Positions 53,258-64,000 are shown, numbered from the stretch's first letter. The stretch is DNA of 64,000 nt from IMGVR_UViG_3300021964_009390:62001-126000; one strand, 5' to 3'. Made by a program: numbers and translations. The notes: generated by a model not told the origin, from the letters alone.

Positions 53258-55852
53258 TTACCTTTTAGGTGGCGCACCGTATTTACCTTTGGCTACGGAT
53301 TTAGCATCTCCACATTTCTTTTCATGCCGGACCGGTTCAGCAGGTACACGGCCTTTTTTGTAGTCATTACATTTTTTACCCTTCAACCGTACATCATGAT
53401 GCTCACGATGTAAAGTTAATGGTATGTTACGAAACAAATGACTATGTGACCATACACCTACGCAGTTTGGGTCACTGGCAAAGGCCGGGCCGAAATTGGC
53501 TTTGACCGGGATTGGTAATGGGTTGTACACCGGGCAGCATGCACCAATCAACACACGCCCTGGTGGTATCCACGCGACAGTTCTATTCGCGAGAGTGGTT
53601 CCAGTTACATCTGTCTCTTCTGTTTGCTGTATTTCACATGGTGCGGTGACATGATTCAATGACACTTCACCCTCAACATGCACTCCTCCGCCTATAACTA
53701 CATTTGTTTTCACACCTAAGTTACCATCCACTAGCACTTGCTCGTCCTGTTGTTTGTTATCCTTGTTCCTAGCGCGTAGGCATAAAATATCTGCAGACAA
53801 GTTCAAACGTCTACCACCGTCTATATTGATTTCATATTCAGAGCCAATGTTTACTTGGTTACCTGACACGTTAGTGATAGTACCACTGAGATCCACCGGT
53901 CCGTATGTCTTCATGTTTATCCCCCCGGCTCCAACTTGAATGTTGTATCGGTTACATACATTTAATGTGTAATTTCCTCCGGGGAGATCATCTACATGTA
54001 CATATTCAATCATGGGACTTTCTTGCTGACTAGTGTAAACTCCTTCCTTGTTGACCACAATCTCGTTGTTGTGTATCTTACCTACCGTGTCAACTCGAAT
54101 ACTACCAAAATCGTTCATCACCAGGCCTATTGTCTCAATTTTATGCTTGGTTATGTCTATAATCTCGTTACCACCAATTCCCATTTTAGCTTCTTGGTCA
54201 CTAAGCGCTTCGATGTTCGTTTTTATAAAATTATCTAAATCTTTTTTGAGCGATTCTGTTGCCCATGTACCGTCCATACTGCTCGGGCTCTTGCCAGAAC
54301 CACCGCAACATTTACATGTTTCACCAAATATTTTACCGCTAGTTCCAGCTTTTTTAAATGTAGCTTTCTTTTGTTCACCCTTAGGTTTACATTCTTGGTA
54401 TTTATCTGCACCATCGTCTTGACCGGTTGAAGACATGCTTCCACCTAGCATGGCGCGCTCACCAGGTCCCCAGGTCATGCCTTTGTCACCGGCACGTATC
54501 TGCGTGACTTCGGTACTGTTGAATTTATTGTTCAAATGCCAGTATTTTTCCTGTGTACCATGTCCTCCTGTGTCTGTCACTTTTGCTGCGCAGACCGGGC
54601 AGGGACCGTTAGATCCGCTCTTGGATTGCTGTTTGCTAGTGAGCTTGCGAGTTTTATCTTTTATCGCGTCTGTCCGCTTTATCTCAAACAGCTGCTTGAA
54701 ATCTGCAATAACAACACCTAAATTGTACCACTCTTTCATGTATTCTTCTTTCATGTTACCGATCTTCCGGTAACTATCACCACGTATGATACTATCAACA
54801 TCATGTTCAACATACATGTTTTGATAACCTCTCACCGTCAGATACTGATCTTCCAACACTAATTTTTGGTCATTATGGACCGCTAATTCTGTAGTGGTAT
54901 GATTGTTAAACTCTTTGAATGAACCACTGTAATGAGTCATTTTCATCATCTCTTTGTTGTCACTGTTGATAATCTCTATCACCCCCCCTTTTTGATTCAA
55001 TACATATTTGTTTCGGTACTGCTCGGTGTTGTGATCATAATCTTTATCATCACTAGGTGATTTGTTCTCGTATGTACCCGGGTAATCGATCCCAGGGTCT
55101 TTGTCTTCTCCTAGTGTATCGTATATACCTTTCCAGTCTTCTTGACCATATGTTGTGGCCCAAAATACAGGGTCCAGTGGGTCACCTTCTCTGAAGAATA
55201 CCCATACATGAGATCCAACATTAGGTATAGAAAAACTTCCCTTGGCGCAGTTACTGTAGCTGCTGGGAGTGTAGTTGTAGCTATATTTATTTATACGCAG
55301 TTCCGGCCATTGTGTGGTGTTGTGTTTGTTACTACCACCCTTTTCACTGTAACCCAAGCCAAGCTGCCCGGATTGGTCGTAATTACCTTCTCCACCATTG
55401 TCATTCCATGCATCAGCAAGTTTAAGTTCTTCAACTTCATATATTCTAGCGGGTTTCTCACCTATATCATCTTTGTTTAACGCGTAATCTGTTTTTGGTT
55501 CTTTGACTTTACCGGGTGGTTCCAACTTAGGGTCTGTCTCTTCAAGTCTGTTACTGTCACTGATGCTACCAGTTTTGTTATGAGCGTTGTATCTACCACT
55601 ACCAACCGCTCCGGTGATTGGCACCGCGCACTCGGCCCATGGGAGTATGTCTTTTATATCATCAATTATGTCATTTAAACTACTAGTTACATTTTCACCT
55701 ACAAACCTGAAACGTTTGTCTCTAGGATTTTCATTCCATTTGTCATAAACAGTGACAGACACATGTGGTACAAAAACCTTGACACGACCTCTCTTGTCTG
55801 GATCGTTGTTTTGAACAACGATACCCATGTAATTACCGTAGTATTTTTTCAT
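53258..55852 (-). CDS. T4 gp5-like baseplate hub/spike protein
   Basis: GIVVQNNDPDKRGRVKV OB-fold, P.VGS.VWVFF..GD...P, beta-helix-like repeats, terminal HSH. Confidence 0.8.
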   Translation of the reverse strand: MKKYYGNYMGIVVQNNDPDKRGRVKVFVPHVSVTVYDKWNENPRDKRFRFVGENVTSSLNDIIDDIKDILPWAECAVPITGAVGSGRYNAHNKTGSISDSNRLEETDPKLEPPGKVKEPKTDYALNKDDIGEKPARIYEVEELKLADAWNDNGGEGNYDQSGQLGLGYSEKGGSNKHNTTQWPELRINKYSYNYTPSSYSNCAKGSFSIPNVGSHVWVFFREGDPLDPVFWATTYGQEDWKGIYDTLGEDKDPGIDYPGTYENKSPSDDKDYDHNTEQYRNKYVLNQKGGVIEIINSDNKEMMKMTHYSGSFKEFNNHTTTELAVHNDQKLVLEDQYLTVRGYQNMYVEHDVDSIIRGDSYRKIGNMKEEYMKEWYNLGVVIADFKQLFEIKRTDAIKDKTRKLTSKQQSKSGSNGPCPVCAAKVTDTGGHGTQEKYWHLNNKFNSTEVTQIRAGDKGMTWGPGERAMLGGSMSSTGQDDGADKYQECKPKGEQKKATFKKAGTSGKIFGETCKCCGGSGKSPSSMDGTWATESLKKDLDNFIKTNIEALSDQEAKMGIGGNEIIDITKHKIETIGLVMNDFGSIRVDTVGKIHNNEIVVNKEGVYTSQQESPMIEYVHVDDLPGGNYTLNVCNRYNIQVGAGGINMKTYGPVDLSGTITNVSGNQVNIGSEYEINIDGGRRLNLSADILCLRARNKDNKQQDEQVLVDGNLGVKTNVVIGGGVHVEGEVSLNHVTAPCEIQQTEETDVTGTTLANRTVAWIPPGRVLIGACCPVYNPLPIPVKANFGPAFASDPNCVGVWSHSHLFRNIPLTLHREHHDVRLKGKKCNDYKKGRVPAEPVRHEKKCGDAKSVAKGKYGAPPKR

Positions 55853-56676
55853 TTGTTATCCACAAAGTCTCTAACTTTACCAGACAACCCGGCTCTGCTG
55901 AATGCAGAATCAGTCATGTTTTTCCTAGCTTCATTACAACGCTGGTCGATAAAATTTTTCAACGCGTTCGGGTCTTTTTTGAGTATTTGTCTCAAAACAG
56001 GGGGTAATTTTTTGAAGATGTCTTTCATCGCATCATCTTTACGTTTTTTGGTGTTGCTAATGTCATTCACTTTACGTTTGTTGCGTTTCAATTTGTCTAA
56101 CATCTCTTGCAACTGGTCGTCCAGTCCTACCCGATCTGCTAGTAAAGCAGCTCCCGCTAGAGCTGCTTTTTTACCTAAATTTTTAATGTCCTTAACACCT
56201 AGACCGTCTTTCAACAAACTATCCACAGCTCCCTTACCGATACCTTTGAGAGCGTTGCCAAATGTACCGGCGGTCATCTCACCCTTGAGCAGGGCCTGTA
56301 CAGCGGTGCTGATTTCATCACAAGTACTGTCACCTACCCGGGCGATAGTCCTGTCTATTTGATATGCTTGGTTTCTAGGGCTACGTATTTTTTTGATGTT
56401 GTCAGTGGTGACATCTTCCAAAATTTTACTCTGCTCATCCATCTCAGCCTGTGCTGGATTTTTCTTTGCGAACTCTAATGGATCGATACCTAGACTGTTA
56501 GAAGCTTCTTCCGCAGTTCCGTCGTCTCCTCCGGGATCTAGTTCTTGAATTTCATTTGCATATTCGTCAAATTGTAAACCTTGGTTCTGCATGTATGCTA
56601 GAAACGCATCTTGTTGGTTCTCTCTGCTATCGGAACCCAACACACTATCTTTTATCAAATCAGTCGGACCGGCCAT
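55849..56676 (-). CDS. Hypothetical virion-module protein
   Basis: Operonic with gp5-like gene. Confidence 0.65.
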   Translation of the reverse strand: MAGPTDLIKDSVLGSDSRENQQDAFLAYMQNQGLQFDEYANEIQELDPGGDDGTAEEASNSLGIDPLEFAKKNPAQAEMDEQSKILEDVTTDNIKKIRSPRNQAYQIDRTIARVGDSTCDEISTAVQALLKGEMTAGTFGNALKGIGKGAVDSLLKDGLGVKDIKNLGKKAALAGAALLADRVGLDDQLQEMLDKLKRNKRKVNDISNTKKRKDDAMKDIFKKLPPVLRQILKKDPNALKNFIDQRCNEARKNMTDSAFSRAGLSGKVRDFVDNK

Positions 56677-56678
56677 AA

Positions 56679-57914
56679 CTAATCGTCATCTGAGTATTTA
56701 TGAGCTGTTATAGGTAACGAGTCGGTACTGTCATCATCTATTGTACCGAACAATGGTACACCGTACCATGTTTTCGCGTCGGCGTTTGCTGATACTCCCG
56801 CATTTGGATGCGCGGCAATCGCTAGATACAGAGTAGGAACCCCGTTGTACACATTCCATCTGATCTCACCTATTTGTGCCGGGACTTGCGCAGACGCATC
56901 ATTATGTGTCAAATCGTGCACTAATGGATTGCTACCGTCCACATGTTTACCGGCCAGCACGATAGGTACGTTGAACACTGCGCGGCGAACCTCGGTGTTC
57001 CCAGTGGTGTTGGCGCTGTTGCTCAATGTGCTCGAGGTGTTGTTATATTGAGCGTGTGTCACCATGGCAGCTGCCGTGATTGGTTGTGATGTCGAGCTAT
57101 TTATTTGCTCAGTCACAACAGGAAGCATGCTGTCATTAGATGATATCTCTAAATCCGCAGTAGTCTTGTTCACCACATTAGTAGTACTAGACAATTGTAA
57201 TCCGGAGCTTGCTGTCCCAAGAAACAACTCTCCACTACTACCCACACTCAATATGTTACCGGCGTAATTACCAGTGTCACTGGTGATTGATCGCGCTGTT
57301 CCTAGCGCAGCAGTTAGATTTTGAAACGTTAATCTACCACTACTATCTACAGTGGCAAACAACCCGGCGTTACCAGCAGCTGCTATTGGTTCTTGTGCCA
57401 CCAACGACTGTAAACTCAAACCAAAACCATCAATACGACCAGAGGTGTTACTACAAAATATACCTCTAGTGAGAGTCCTTGTGTTGTTGTTTCTATCGTA
57501 GAGTAGACCAGGATATGTAGCAGTACCACCCACCGTGATCGCATTACCGACTGTCAAAGTGCCGGTCACGTCCATGTTGTTGTACGAAGCGGTTGCAAAA
57601 TTAGATGTGCCCGTGACAGTGATGTCTCCAACCTGCAAGGTGGGGATCTCCACCGGGTAACTAGTTCGTCCTATCACCAGTTTTTCATTCAAATCAAAAT
57701 CTGTACCATCAGCTGCAGGAGCGGATTGCTGCAACACGAATCTCATCAACTCACGAGAAGTTATCGTCATTGTTGTTTTCACTGTCGCATTGGACTTGTC
57801 AGTAACAGCGATGGGTAGATAATCTGCAGAAGTTGCAGTCACTGTGGTACCTGTAGCATTTGGTATAAATGTTATACGTGGTAGTTCAGATATTTTTATG
57901 CGCTTGTTTGCCAT
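56679..57914 (-). CDS. Tail fibre-like structural protein
   Basis: IKISELP N-terminus, Thr/Ser/Gly/Ala-rich, GEIRWN motif. Confidence 0.65.
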   Translation of the reverse strand: MANKRIKISELPRITFIPNATGTTVTATSADYLPIAVTDKSNATVKTTMTITSRELMRFVLQQSAPAADGTDFDLNEKLVIGRTSYPVEIPTLQVGDITVTGTSNFATASYNNMDVTGTLTVGNAITVGGTATYPGLLYDRNNNTRTLTRGIFCSNTSGRIDGFGLSLQSLVAQEPIAAAGNAGLFATVDSSGRLTFQNLTAALGTARSITSDTGNYAGNILSVGSSGELFLGTASSGLQLSSTTNVVNKTTADLEISSNDSMLPVVTEQINSSTSQPITAAAMVTHAQYNNTSSTLSNSANTTGNTEVRRAVFNVPIVLAGKHVDGSNPLVHDLTHNDASAQVPAQIGEIRWNVYNGVPTLYLAIAAHPNAGVSANADAKTWYGVPLFGTIDDDSTDSLPITAHKYSDDD

Positions 57915-57965
57915 GTGATATTACCCTAATATTTATCTAATAACTGGTGTGTTCAACGTGTTTAA

Positions 57966-60900
57966 TCAGTCCAGTATCTCGTTATACCAATTGACACCTA
58001 CGATCTTTGTACCTGCTGGTGTTATTTGATCTAACGTCTTACGTAATTTATTGGTTATATACTGTTGTAACTGAGTGGATTTAATTTCTGAATTTCTCAC
58101 ATTCATATTAAAATTATTACTCTTTCGCGGAGGTAGAGAATGATTGAACACCTGATCAACCCCTTCTATTAAGTTTCTCAACCCATTAGGCAAAGCCCAC
58201 TTGATATCATCCACCTCACTATATGATAACATCAAACATACAATGTCAGCTCTGGTCAAACATTTATTTACTATGTTTATATTTTTTACGCAAGTATCTC
58301 TGGTTGTGTATGTTGTGTAGTTCTTAATTTTCGATTGGACTGTGGTTTCGTTTAAATAAGGGGAAGCTCCAACTAGTAACTCTCTAGTAAACATGTTGTT
58401 GAAAGTATATTTACCTGGTTCGAATGTGTAAACATTATCTGTTTCATTCAAATGACCATCGATATACACTTCCACTCTACCGGTATTGTTGTTTATATTC
58501 ACACATATGTTATGGTAACCGGTGTAAGGTAGATTAGAATTCCATTCAGACAGATCTATTTTCAGATTGACTAGGTCTGGTTCTGCTGCCGCGAATTTGG
58601 GTTGCAATAACATTTTTAAATTTAAACCATGTTTGTGGTATTTTTCAAAATTGTTTTTTGTATATGCATGCGAGGTTATCATGCTAGGAAAATTGTTTAT
58701 GTCTGTCACCGTTAGTGTAGGTAGTTGTATTGTATCTACTATCTTGTTAGTTACTGGATCTATGTTTTCGACAAATATAGTGTCATCAACCTCGGTGACT
58801 AGATAGTCAAAATCTTCTGTGAGTGCGCTGTAGTCGTCATTCAATACAATCCCGGTTCGGTCAGTAGAAACTATGGTGTCTATGTCTTGCACATGTGTAC
58901 CAAATCTGGAATCACCTTCAATGAATGGGTATATTATATGTTGTGTATCATCAAATGGTACAGTTTCATCGTCAGTATCATAATTAACAATCTCCGCAGT
59001 CGTTGTGGGTCTAGAATAAAACGTACCAGATTGATACCACCCACTAGCTTTCCGGTAAGCGCGACCGTTTAACAGAGCTGTTGGGTGTGATGATGGTCCT
59101 ATCTGTACACCTAGTTCTTCACCACCTATTGATCTGGACAATACCAACAAGTTCTCTACAATATCCCCTGATTCAAAACTTCGTGTTATCACGATGGACA
59201 TGACTTCTCTTTCATCTAATATTTGTGTGGAGATAATGTCTCTGTTTTTGGTGAATTTGCTTAACACATTTCCAGAGTGTATAACCCACAAATTATCTGC
59301 AGTATCAACTGTATAGTCTTGTACCGATAATTTTAAATTTGTATCTTCGACCCCTGTATCATACATTTTACCCGGAAGAAGTTGCAATGTTTTTATGTCC
59401 AACCCATATACAGCATCATGTTTTGTTTGAAAACCAGAAAGAGAATCTCGTAACCCCTTCACATGGATCCATAATGTATCATCACCCACTTTAATAGAGT
59501 CTCCATAACCAACATATATGTTACGTGTATGTTGATATGGTGGTGGGTCATCTTTGACAGTTAACAAATTAGGTGGCCCGGATTTAATTCCGCGACCGTA
59601 ATCGTATACACTGTTGTCTATAAATTCGTCAGGTACCGGTATAGCAACTTGACATACTGTACTGTTGACTGTAAAAGTTTTGTTAACCATATCAAATGTG
59701 TTGATATCATAGTCATGTTCCCCAGTTCCGGTGTGTGTTAATATATAAATGTATCTGTTATCATATGTCAGGTCGGATATAGTGTTGGTGAATCCAGTAC
59801 CGTAGTGTTTGTTCCATGAATTGTAACTTGCTAATACTACACCATCATGGTCGATTTCCAATATATCACCGGTTGATAGTAGCGCGTATATATTGTCTGG
59901 AAATTCTCGTACTACAATGTCTACAAAATAACCGGGCGTGTCAGTGTCTTTGAGGTGACCGTTATTAGTTACATAGTTGTACAGTTTGAATTTTTTATCA
60001 TAAATTCGTATACTTGTGTTTTGTGTAACTTGGCCTACACTTGTACCGTCACTACCCAACACAAATACAAACGGACTCACATCGTTTGTATTGAACAGAC
60101 CTATTCCGGAATTTGTGTAATTACCGAACAATTGGTGGCCTACAGGTGATTGCCAATTCTTTATATTTATATCAAATGCTATACTCAATTCGGTACCCAT
60201 CTCGTTACCCAACTGTTTTGTATTTTTAATTTTACCATATGTAGATCCATCCAACACGTATTCTTGGTTGTCGTTTGTTATAGTTTTTGGTAGATTTGTT
60301 GTGGATGTGTATTCATCTAAACCTTTTTGTATATATACAGGATCAAATTGCTTCAAATTGTTTACCATGTCTCTAGACGACACTCGGTAATATGCGTACA
60401 TACATCCAGGTTCCAGTGTTAGATCACTAGTCTTGTCATACACACCATCACCTCGGGCAAATATAGCATCTGCTTGTACTGATGTATATGTGTTGTGCGG
60501 ATCTGAAACACTAGTTAGCGCTGAAATGTAACTGGATGTAGACGGGTTGTAATATCGATCAACCCATACCGGTTGGACACTCGGATCATCACCAGCAGAC
60601 AACCAAGTGCATAACCACGTACCTGTATGTTCATCAGTAGGATCTCCCCATCTAGTAGTGTCAGAATAATTGGCACGTTGTTTGTATATTTTATCTGATC
60701 TGCTAGGGTTATCCGAGCCTATCGCGCCACATTCATACAATTTCGAGTCATTTATATTCAATCTCTTGACCGGATCCATATTTTGCGGTGTATTGAAATA
60801 ATTCATACCGGATCGAAATTCAATTTCAAATTGTTTGACCGTATAGTCAAAATATATTCTATCTGCACCTTGTAATTGATTCGTCCCTGTAAACAACTTG

Positions 60901-62120
60901 TTGTAATCTCGTTGCTGATGTCCAGATTCTCCGCTCCATAAGTTTTGTGTACTCAATCTTTCTTTACCTGTCAATTGATTTTTGAGTGTCAACATATTTA
61001 CTGGTAGGGAATTTCCAGTTAGATAATAATATTCAGAATGTAACAAATGATTACTGAGCAATCCTTGGGTCGAGGTGTTTGTATTTACATTCAAATTGCT
61101 CAAATCATTGGATTGCTCATAGTTTACAATTTTAGAATCTAACCTAACATCACTTAATTTTGTTGTCGGTGGTCTAACACGCATGGCAGTCCGGTCTGTG
61201 AGTTCCAGTACGTTAGGGTAATTAGTGTCAATATCAAAATCGCTCCCGGGATCTGAGACATGATATTCCGGGAGTATAGTTGTCAATCGTAATGGTGGTA
61301 CCCCTGCGAACGCTGGTTTGGCGCGGTCTTCATCCGATATTAACTCCACAATTTTCATTTTCGAAAAATGTTCCTTGTATAATCGTATGATATTATGATC
61401 TCTGTAGTATGTATATTTAAATAAGTGTCGTTCATCAGAAAATAGTGCAATGATTTCCTCCGGGTCATGTTCTAGACCCGGTTCCAATACACCTTCTTCA
61501 AATTGCAGTTCTGCTGATCCATCGTCTCTATGACATAAATAGTATCTAGATTCACCATCCACGTGACTCACAACACAATCAACACCGTTTATAAAAGTTA
61601 TATTGAAGTAAAATTTTTGTTCTAGAGTGTCTCTCAATTTAGCTCCAATAAATTTTTCAGCGCTTAATTTTTTTGTCACGGTAGTGAGGTCTGCCCCAGT
61701 AGATCTTCCGGTTTGGTCTGTCAATATAGTCAAATATTCTGACACTGTATCATCTTCAGCAAGAGCACTCACCGCGCTAGCAGCGGTCAAACAAGTTTCT
61801 CCACTCAAAGCGCTCAAGCCACTCAATGGATCGTTGTTCAGTCTATTGAATGCTAAATATGTTGAAATCGTCTCCGGGTATTCATCCGGTAGTGGTTTTA
61901 ATCTAATTATATCAGATATTTTATGCTGATCTGTAAGATAAAAATTGGTAAACTTGTTAAAAGTAATGTCGTTAGTGTTGTTGAGCCCACTATGATATTT
62001 AAACGAAATACCTTGTTCAAATGAAATTGGTTCATGTATAACCTCAATAGTAGGGTCTAATCGATAGTCCAGCTGCAACGGAGGCATGACCTGTATACCA
62101 TCTATTGTGTTTGATTGCAT
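57966..62120 (-). CDS. Large baseplate/virion protein with LamG-like and propeller-like segments
   Basis: 1384 aa; HNI.VN.N...G..EVYIDG; late promoter. Confidence 0.65.
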   Translation of the reverse strand: MQSNTIDGIQVMPPLQLDYRLDPTIEVIHEPISFEQGISFKYHSGLNNTNDITFNKFTNFYLTDQHKISDIIRLKPLPDEYPETISTYLAFNRLNNDPLSGLSALSGETCLTAASAVSALAEDDTVSEYLTILTDQTGRSTGADLTTVTKKLSAEKFIGAKLRDTLEQKFYFNITFINGVDCVVSHVDGESRYYLCHRDDGSAELQFEEGVLEPGLEHDPEEIIALFSDERHLFKYTYYRDHNIIRLYKEHFSKMKIVELISDEDRAKPAFAGVPPLRLTTILPEYHVSDPGSDFDIDTNYPNVLELTDRTAMRVRPPTTKLSDVRLDSKIVNYEQSNDLSNLNVNTNTSTQGLLSNHLLHSEYYYLTGNSLPVNMLTLKNQLTGKERLSTQNLWSGESGHQQRDYNKLFTGTNQLQGADRIYFDYTVKQFEIEFRSGMNYFNTPQNMDPVKRLNINDSKLYECGAIGSDNPSRSDKIYKQRANYSDTTRWGDPTDEHTGTWLCTWLSAGDDPSVQPVWVDRYYNPSTSSYISALTSVSDPHNTYTSVQADAIFARGDGVYDKTSDLTLEPGCMYAYYRVSSRDMVNNLKQFDPVYIQKGLDEYTSTTNLPKTITNDNQEYVLDGSTYGKIKNTKQLGNEMGTELSIAFDINIKNWQSPVGHQLFGNYTNSGIGLFNTNDVSPFVFVLGSDGTSVGQVTQNTSIRIYDKKFKLYNYVTNNGHLKDTDTPGYFVDIVVREFPDNIYALLSTGDILEIDHDGVVLASYNSWNKHYGTGFTNTISDLTYDNRYIYILTHTGTGEHDYDINTFDMVNKTFTVNSTVCQVAIPVPDEFIDNSVYDYGRGIKSGPPNLLTVKDDPPPYQHTRNIYVGYGDSIKVGDDTLWIHVKGLRDSLSGFQTKHDAVYGLDIKTLQLLPGKMYDTGVEDTNLKLSVQDYTVDTADNLWVIHSGNVLSKFTKNRDIISTQILDEREVMSIVITRSFESGDIVENLLVLSRSIGGEELGVQIGPSSHPTALLNGRAYRKASGWYQSGTFYSRPTTTAEIVNYDTDDETVPFDDTQHIIYPFIEGDSRFGTHVQDIDTIVSTDRTGIVLNDDYSALTEDFDYLVTEVDDTIFVENIDPVTNKIVDTIQLPTLTVTDINNFPSMITSHAYTKNNFEKYHKHGLNLKMLLQPKFAAAEPDLVNLKIDLSEWNSNLPYTGYHNICVNINNNTGRVEVYIDGHLNETDNVYTFEPGKYTFNNMFTRELLVGASPYLNETTVQSKIKNYTTYTTRDTCVKNINIVNKCLTRADIVCLMLSYSEVDDIKWALPNGLRNLIEGVDQVFNHSLPPRKSNNFNMNVRNSEIKSTQLQQYITNKLRKTLDQITPAGTKIVGVNWYNEILD

Positions 62121-62162
62121 TACTATTATTTATCGACACATACACTATTCACTACATGTATA

Positions 62163-62705
62163 TCAGTCTATAACTTGTAATGACATGTTTTGTATAGTCG
62201 AGTCCGTAAAAGGGTATTGTCTAGATGTAGAGATTGTATATCCAGCCGGGCCTTGTATTATCAAGTCCACTGACCCCACTTTAGTTGGTACTGGTAATTC
62301 AAATGTGATTGTGTTATCATTAAACTCATCCCATTGAGGAACAACCACACCAGTGAATTTAGGGTATTCTGTTTTCAACCGATTGGTGTAGTTTTTTTCA
62401 AAATAACCGTATTGTTGTTCATTTATGAACATGTCAGGTACACTAGCACTTAAAAATATATTGTTAGTGTCGTACATTCTGTAACCCCTTACATACACTG
62501 TTGGTGTTTCTCCAATCCCGACCACCATTTGCTTGGTTGTGTTACTCAAAGAAAACCATGTTATATCTGGTGCGCCCCGAAAGACATCCCCCCGGTTTCC
62601 TGAGCGGCTGCCTAAATTATCTTGTTTCACATTGTCAGCGTATTCGTCTAGGGCTTGTTTATCAATAATTTTTGTACGTAGCGTGTTGTTCGGGTCTTTG
62701 TTCAT
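62163..62705 (-). CDS. Structural protein with Ig/IPT-like C-terminus
   Basis: NTITFELP...GSVDLII.GPAGY. Confidence 0.55.
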   Translation of the reverse strand: MNKDPNNTLRTKIIDKQALDEYADNVKQDNLGSRSGNRGDVFRGAPDITWFSLSNTTKQMVVGIGETPTVYVRGYRMYDTNNIFLSASVPDMFINEQQYGYFEKNYTNRLKTEYPKFTGVVVPQWDEFNDNTITFELPVPTKVGSVDLIIQGPAGYTISTSRQYPFTDSTIQNMSLQVID

Positions 62706-62706
62706 G

Positions 62707-63471
62707 TCATTGCGGATTGTCTGGATTATTATTCAGGTTTTTCCAATCAGTCAAACTACCTCCAGTGATATCATCTAGTGACGAAACATTGACGTAGTTT
62801 GTTTGGATGTCAAAAATCGTACCGGTGCCTGTCGATCTAGGTTTAGTAAACAACCAGCCTTTTATCGTGAATCCTGTGTTAGCCGATACTCGGTATGCGG
62901 AGCTGGCTTGCAAATCTTTCGGGTAATCCATGTTAATGGTACCATTCCACAGCACTTCCGACCGGATTTCTTGTATTGGTGCATCTGGGTCTAGAAATGG
63001 GTCAACACTTTTACTACCTTGCGGTATTTTCCATGATAATATTATGTACGGGTTCGCATAAGGTGCAAAATTAGTAATTATCTGGTCTAAATCAGACTGA
63101 TATTTTGTCATAATGTCCATCGTAACCTCTATATTCACTGGGTTCACCGGAGGTAATTTATCGAATGCATTACTAGCTTCTCGGTGACTGTATCTTTGGG
63201 GGTATGAGAAACCTTCAATTTTGTTAAAAACTCTACCCGGGTCACGCGCGATACTATTCATGGACACGGCGATCACCGGTAATTGAATATGCTGACTCTT
63301 GTTTATAAGGTCGTGTACAACGCGTTGCTTATGCGCGTAAACATATCTCGGTTCAAAAGATTTTGTAGGTTTTCTATCTTTATTGTATCTCTTTACAATT
63401 GTCTCATCAAAAGCTGATAAAAATTGTGTTATTAAATCTTTTACCTCAAAGTTAAATGTATGATATCTCAC
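62707..63471 (-). CDS. T4 gp15-like tail sheath stabiliser/completion protein
   Basis: F...F....VKR, Y.HKQR, LP.IAV, P.PVNI...M.I.TKYQ.D.DQI, FTIKGWLF; GTG 5 nt after TAAATA. Confidence 0.8.
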   Translation of the reverse strand: MRYHTFNFEVKDLITQFLSAFDETIVKRYNKDRKPTKSFEPRYVYAHKQRVVHDLINKSQHIQLPVIAVSMNSIARDPGRVFNKIEGFSYPQRYSHREASNAFDKLPPVNPVNIEVTMDIMTKYQSDLDQIITNFAPYANPYIILSWKIPQGSKSVDPFLDPDAPIQEIRSEVLWNGTINMDYPKDLQASSAYRVSANTGFTIKGWLFTKPRSTGTGTIFDIQTNYVNVSSLDDITGGSLTDWKNLNNNPDNPQ

Positions 63472-63482
63472 ATAATTATTTA

Positions 63483-64000
63483 TCAAACAAACCGTTGTAA
63501 GAACCAACCCGGTAGTTTCTCTTTACATTTAGGTAGTACCCTGGATATCATACCGTCTAGTATGTATGTAGTTGAATAATCATCCTTAGATCTTGTACAT
63601 CTACCACAAGACTGTACTAATATATTTAACATTTTATTCTCATACCAGTCTGGGTCGGCTTCTAAAATGGTCTTAACCCGTTTGTCGTTAAACGGTAGAT
63701 AGGGTAGTTTCACTACAATTTGAAATCTGGCTAGATCGTCTTTTAAATCTACACCATGAGTTAGTGATGGTGACATCAATATTGTTGGTTCGTCAGACTG
63801 TTTATGTATGTTGATTATATCTTCATTTGTAACCCCGGGCTCTCTGTATACGAGCCGGTCACATTGAAGCGTTTCATATATAAATTGTGTTATATGATGT
63901 GAATGTGTATGTATCACACCCTTCTCGTCGCCATGATGAGATACTATCTCATTGATATTATCTACTATTTTAGGTAAAAATTTATCTATTGTATTTCTAC
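63483..64000 (-). CDS. DinG/XPD-like SF2 helicase, C-terminal part (partial)
   Basis: KGVIHT.S, SPS..HGVDL, KLPY, Q.CGR..RS.DD...TYILD. Confidence 0.85.
   Translation of the reverse strand, partial: RNTIDKFLPKIVDNINEIVSHHGDEKGVIHTHSHHITQFIYETLQCDRLVYREPGVTNEDIINIHKQSDEPTILMSPSLTHGVDLKDDLARFQIVVKLPYLPFNDKRVKTILEADPDWYENKMLNILVQSCGRCTRSKDDYSTTYILDGMISRVLPKCKEKLPGWFLQRFV

Overview
64 kb segment of a large T4-like (myovirus-type) dsDNA bacteriophage genome using the standard genetic code. Evidence: a gp5-like baseplate hub, a gp15-like tail completion protein, class Ia nrdA/nrdB, Hsp20, RadA-like, DUF932 and DinG-like genes, two tRNAs, and T4-style TAAATA late promoters. The host is probably a diderm bacterium, since the phage carries an outer-membrane beta-barrel; a PVC/Verrucomicrobia host is only a guess. 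Layout: (1) 1-6.9 kb and 31-36 kb are two glycan-modification cassette arrays. Across the window there are about 10 sulfotransferase-fold genes and about 7 glycosyltransferase-like genes. The six Sulfotransfer_2 genes in the arrays share a near-identical 3' DNA repeat, and the arrays contain truncated gene scars. An APS-kinase/HIGH-nucleotidyltransferase fusion at 37.9 kb could supply PAPS. (2) 7.25-7.92 kb is a promoter- and boxB/boxA-led, densely base-paired non-coding region, a candidate large ncRNA. (3) 8.8-30.8 kb is an early region of small genes driven by more than 25 AGTTG-N17-TAnnnT promoters, many apparently leaderless. It contains a divergent island (27.5-29.1 kb) of tiny acidic genes with cytosine-depleted coding strands, including a 56-codon gene in a 225-nt stretch with no C at all. 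(4) 36-53 kb holds metabolism and late genes. (5) 53-64 kb is a minus-strand tail/baseplate module. All family calls come from motif recognition by eye; no database searches were run.
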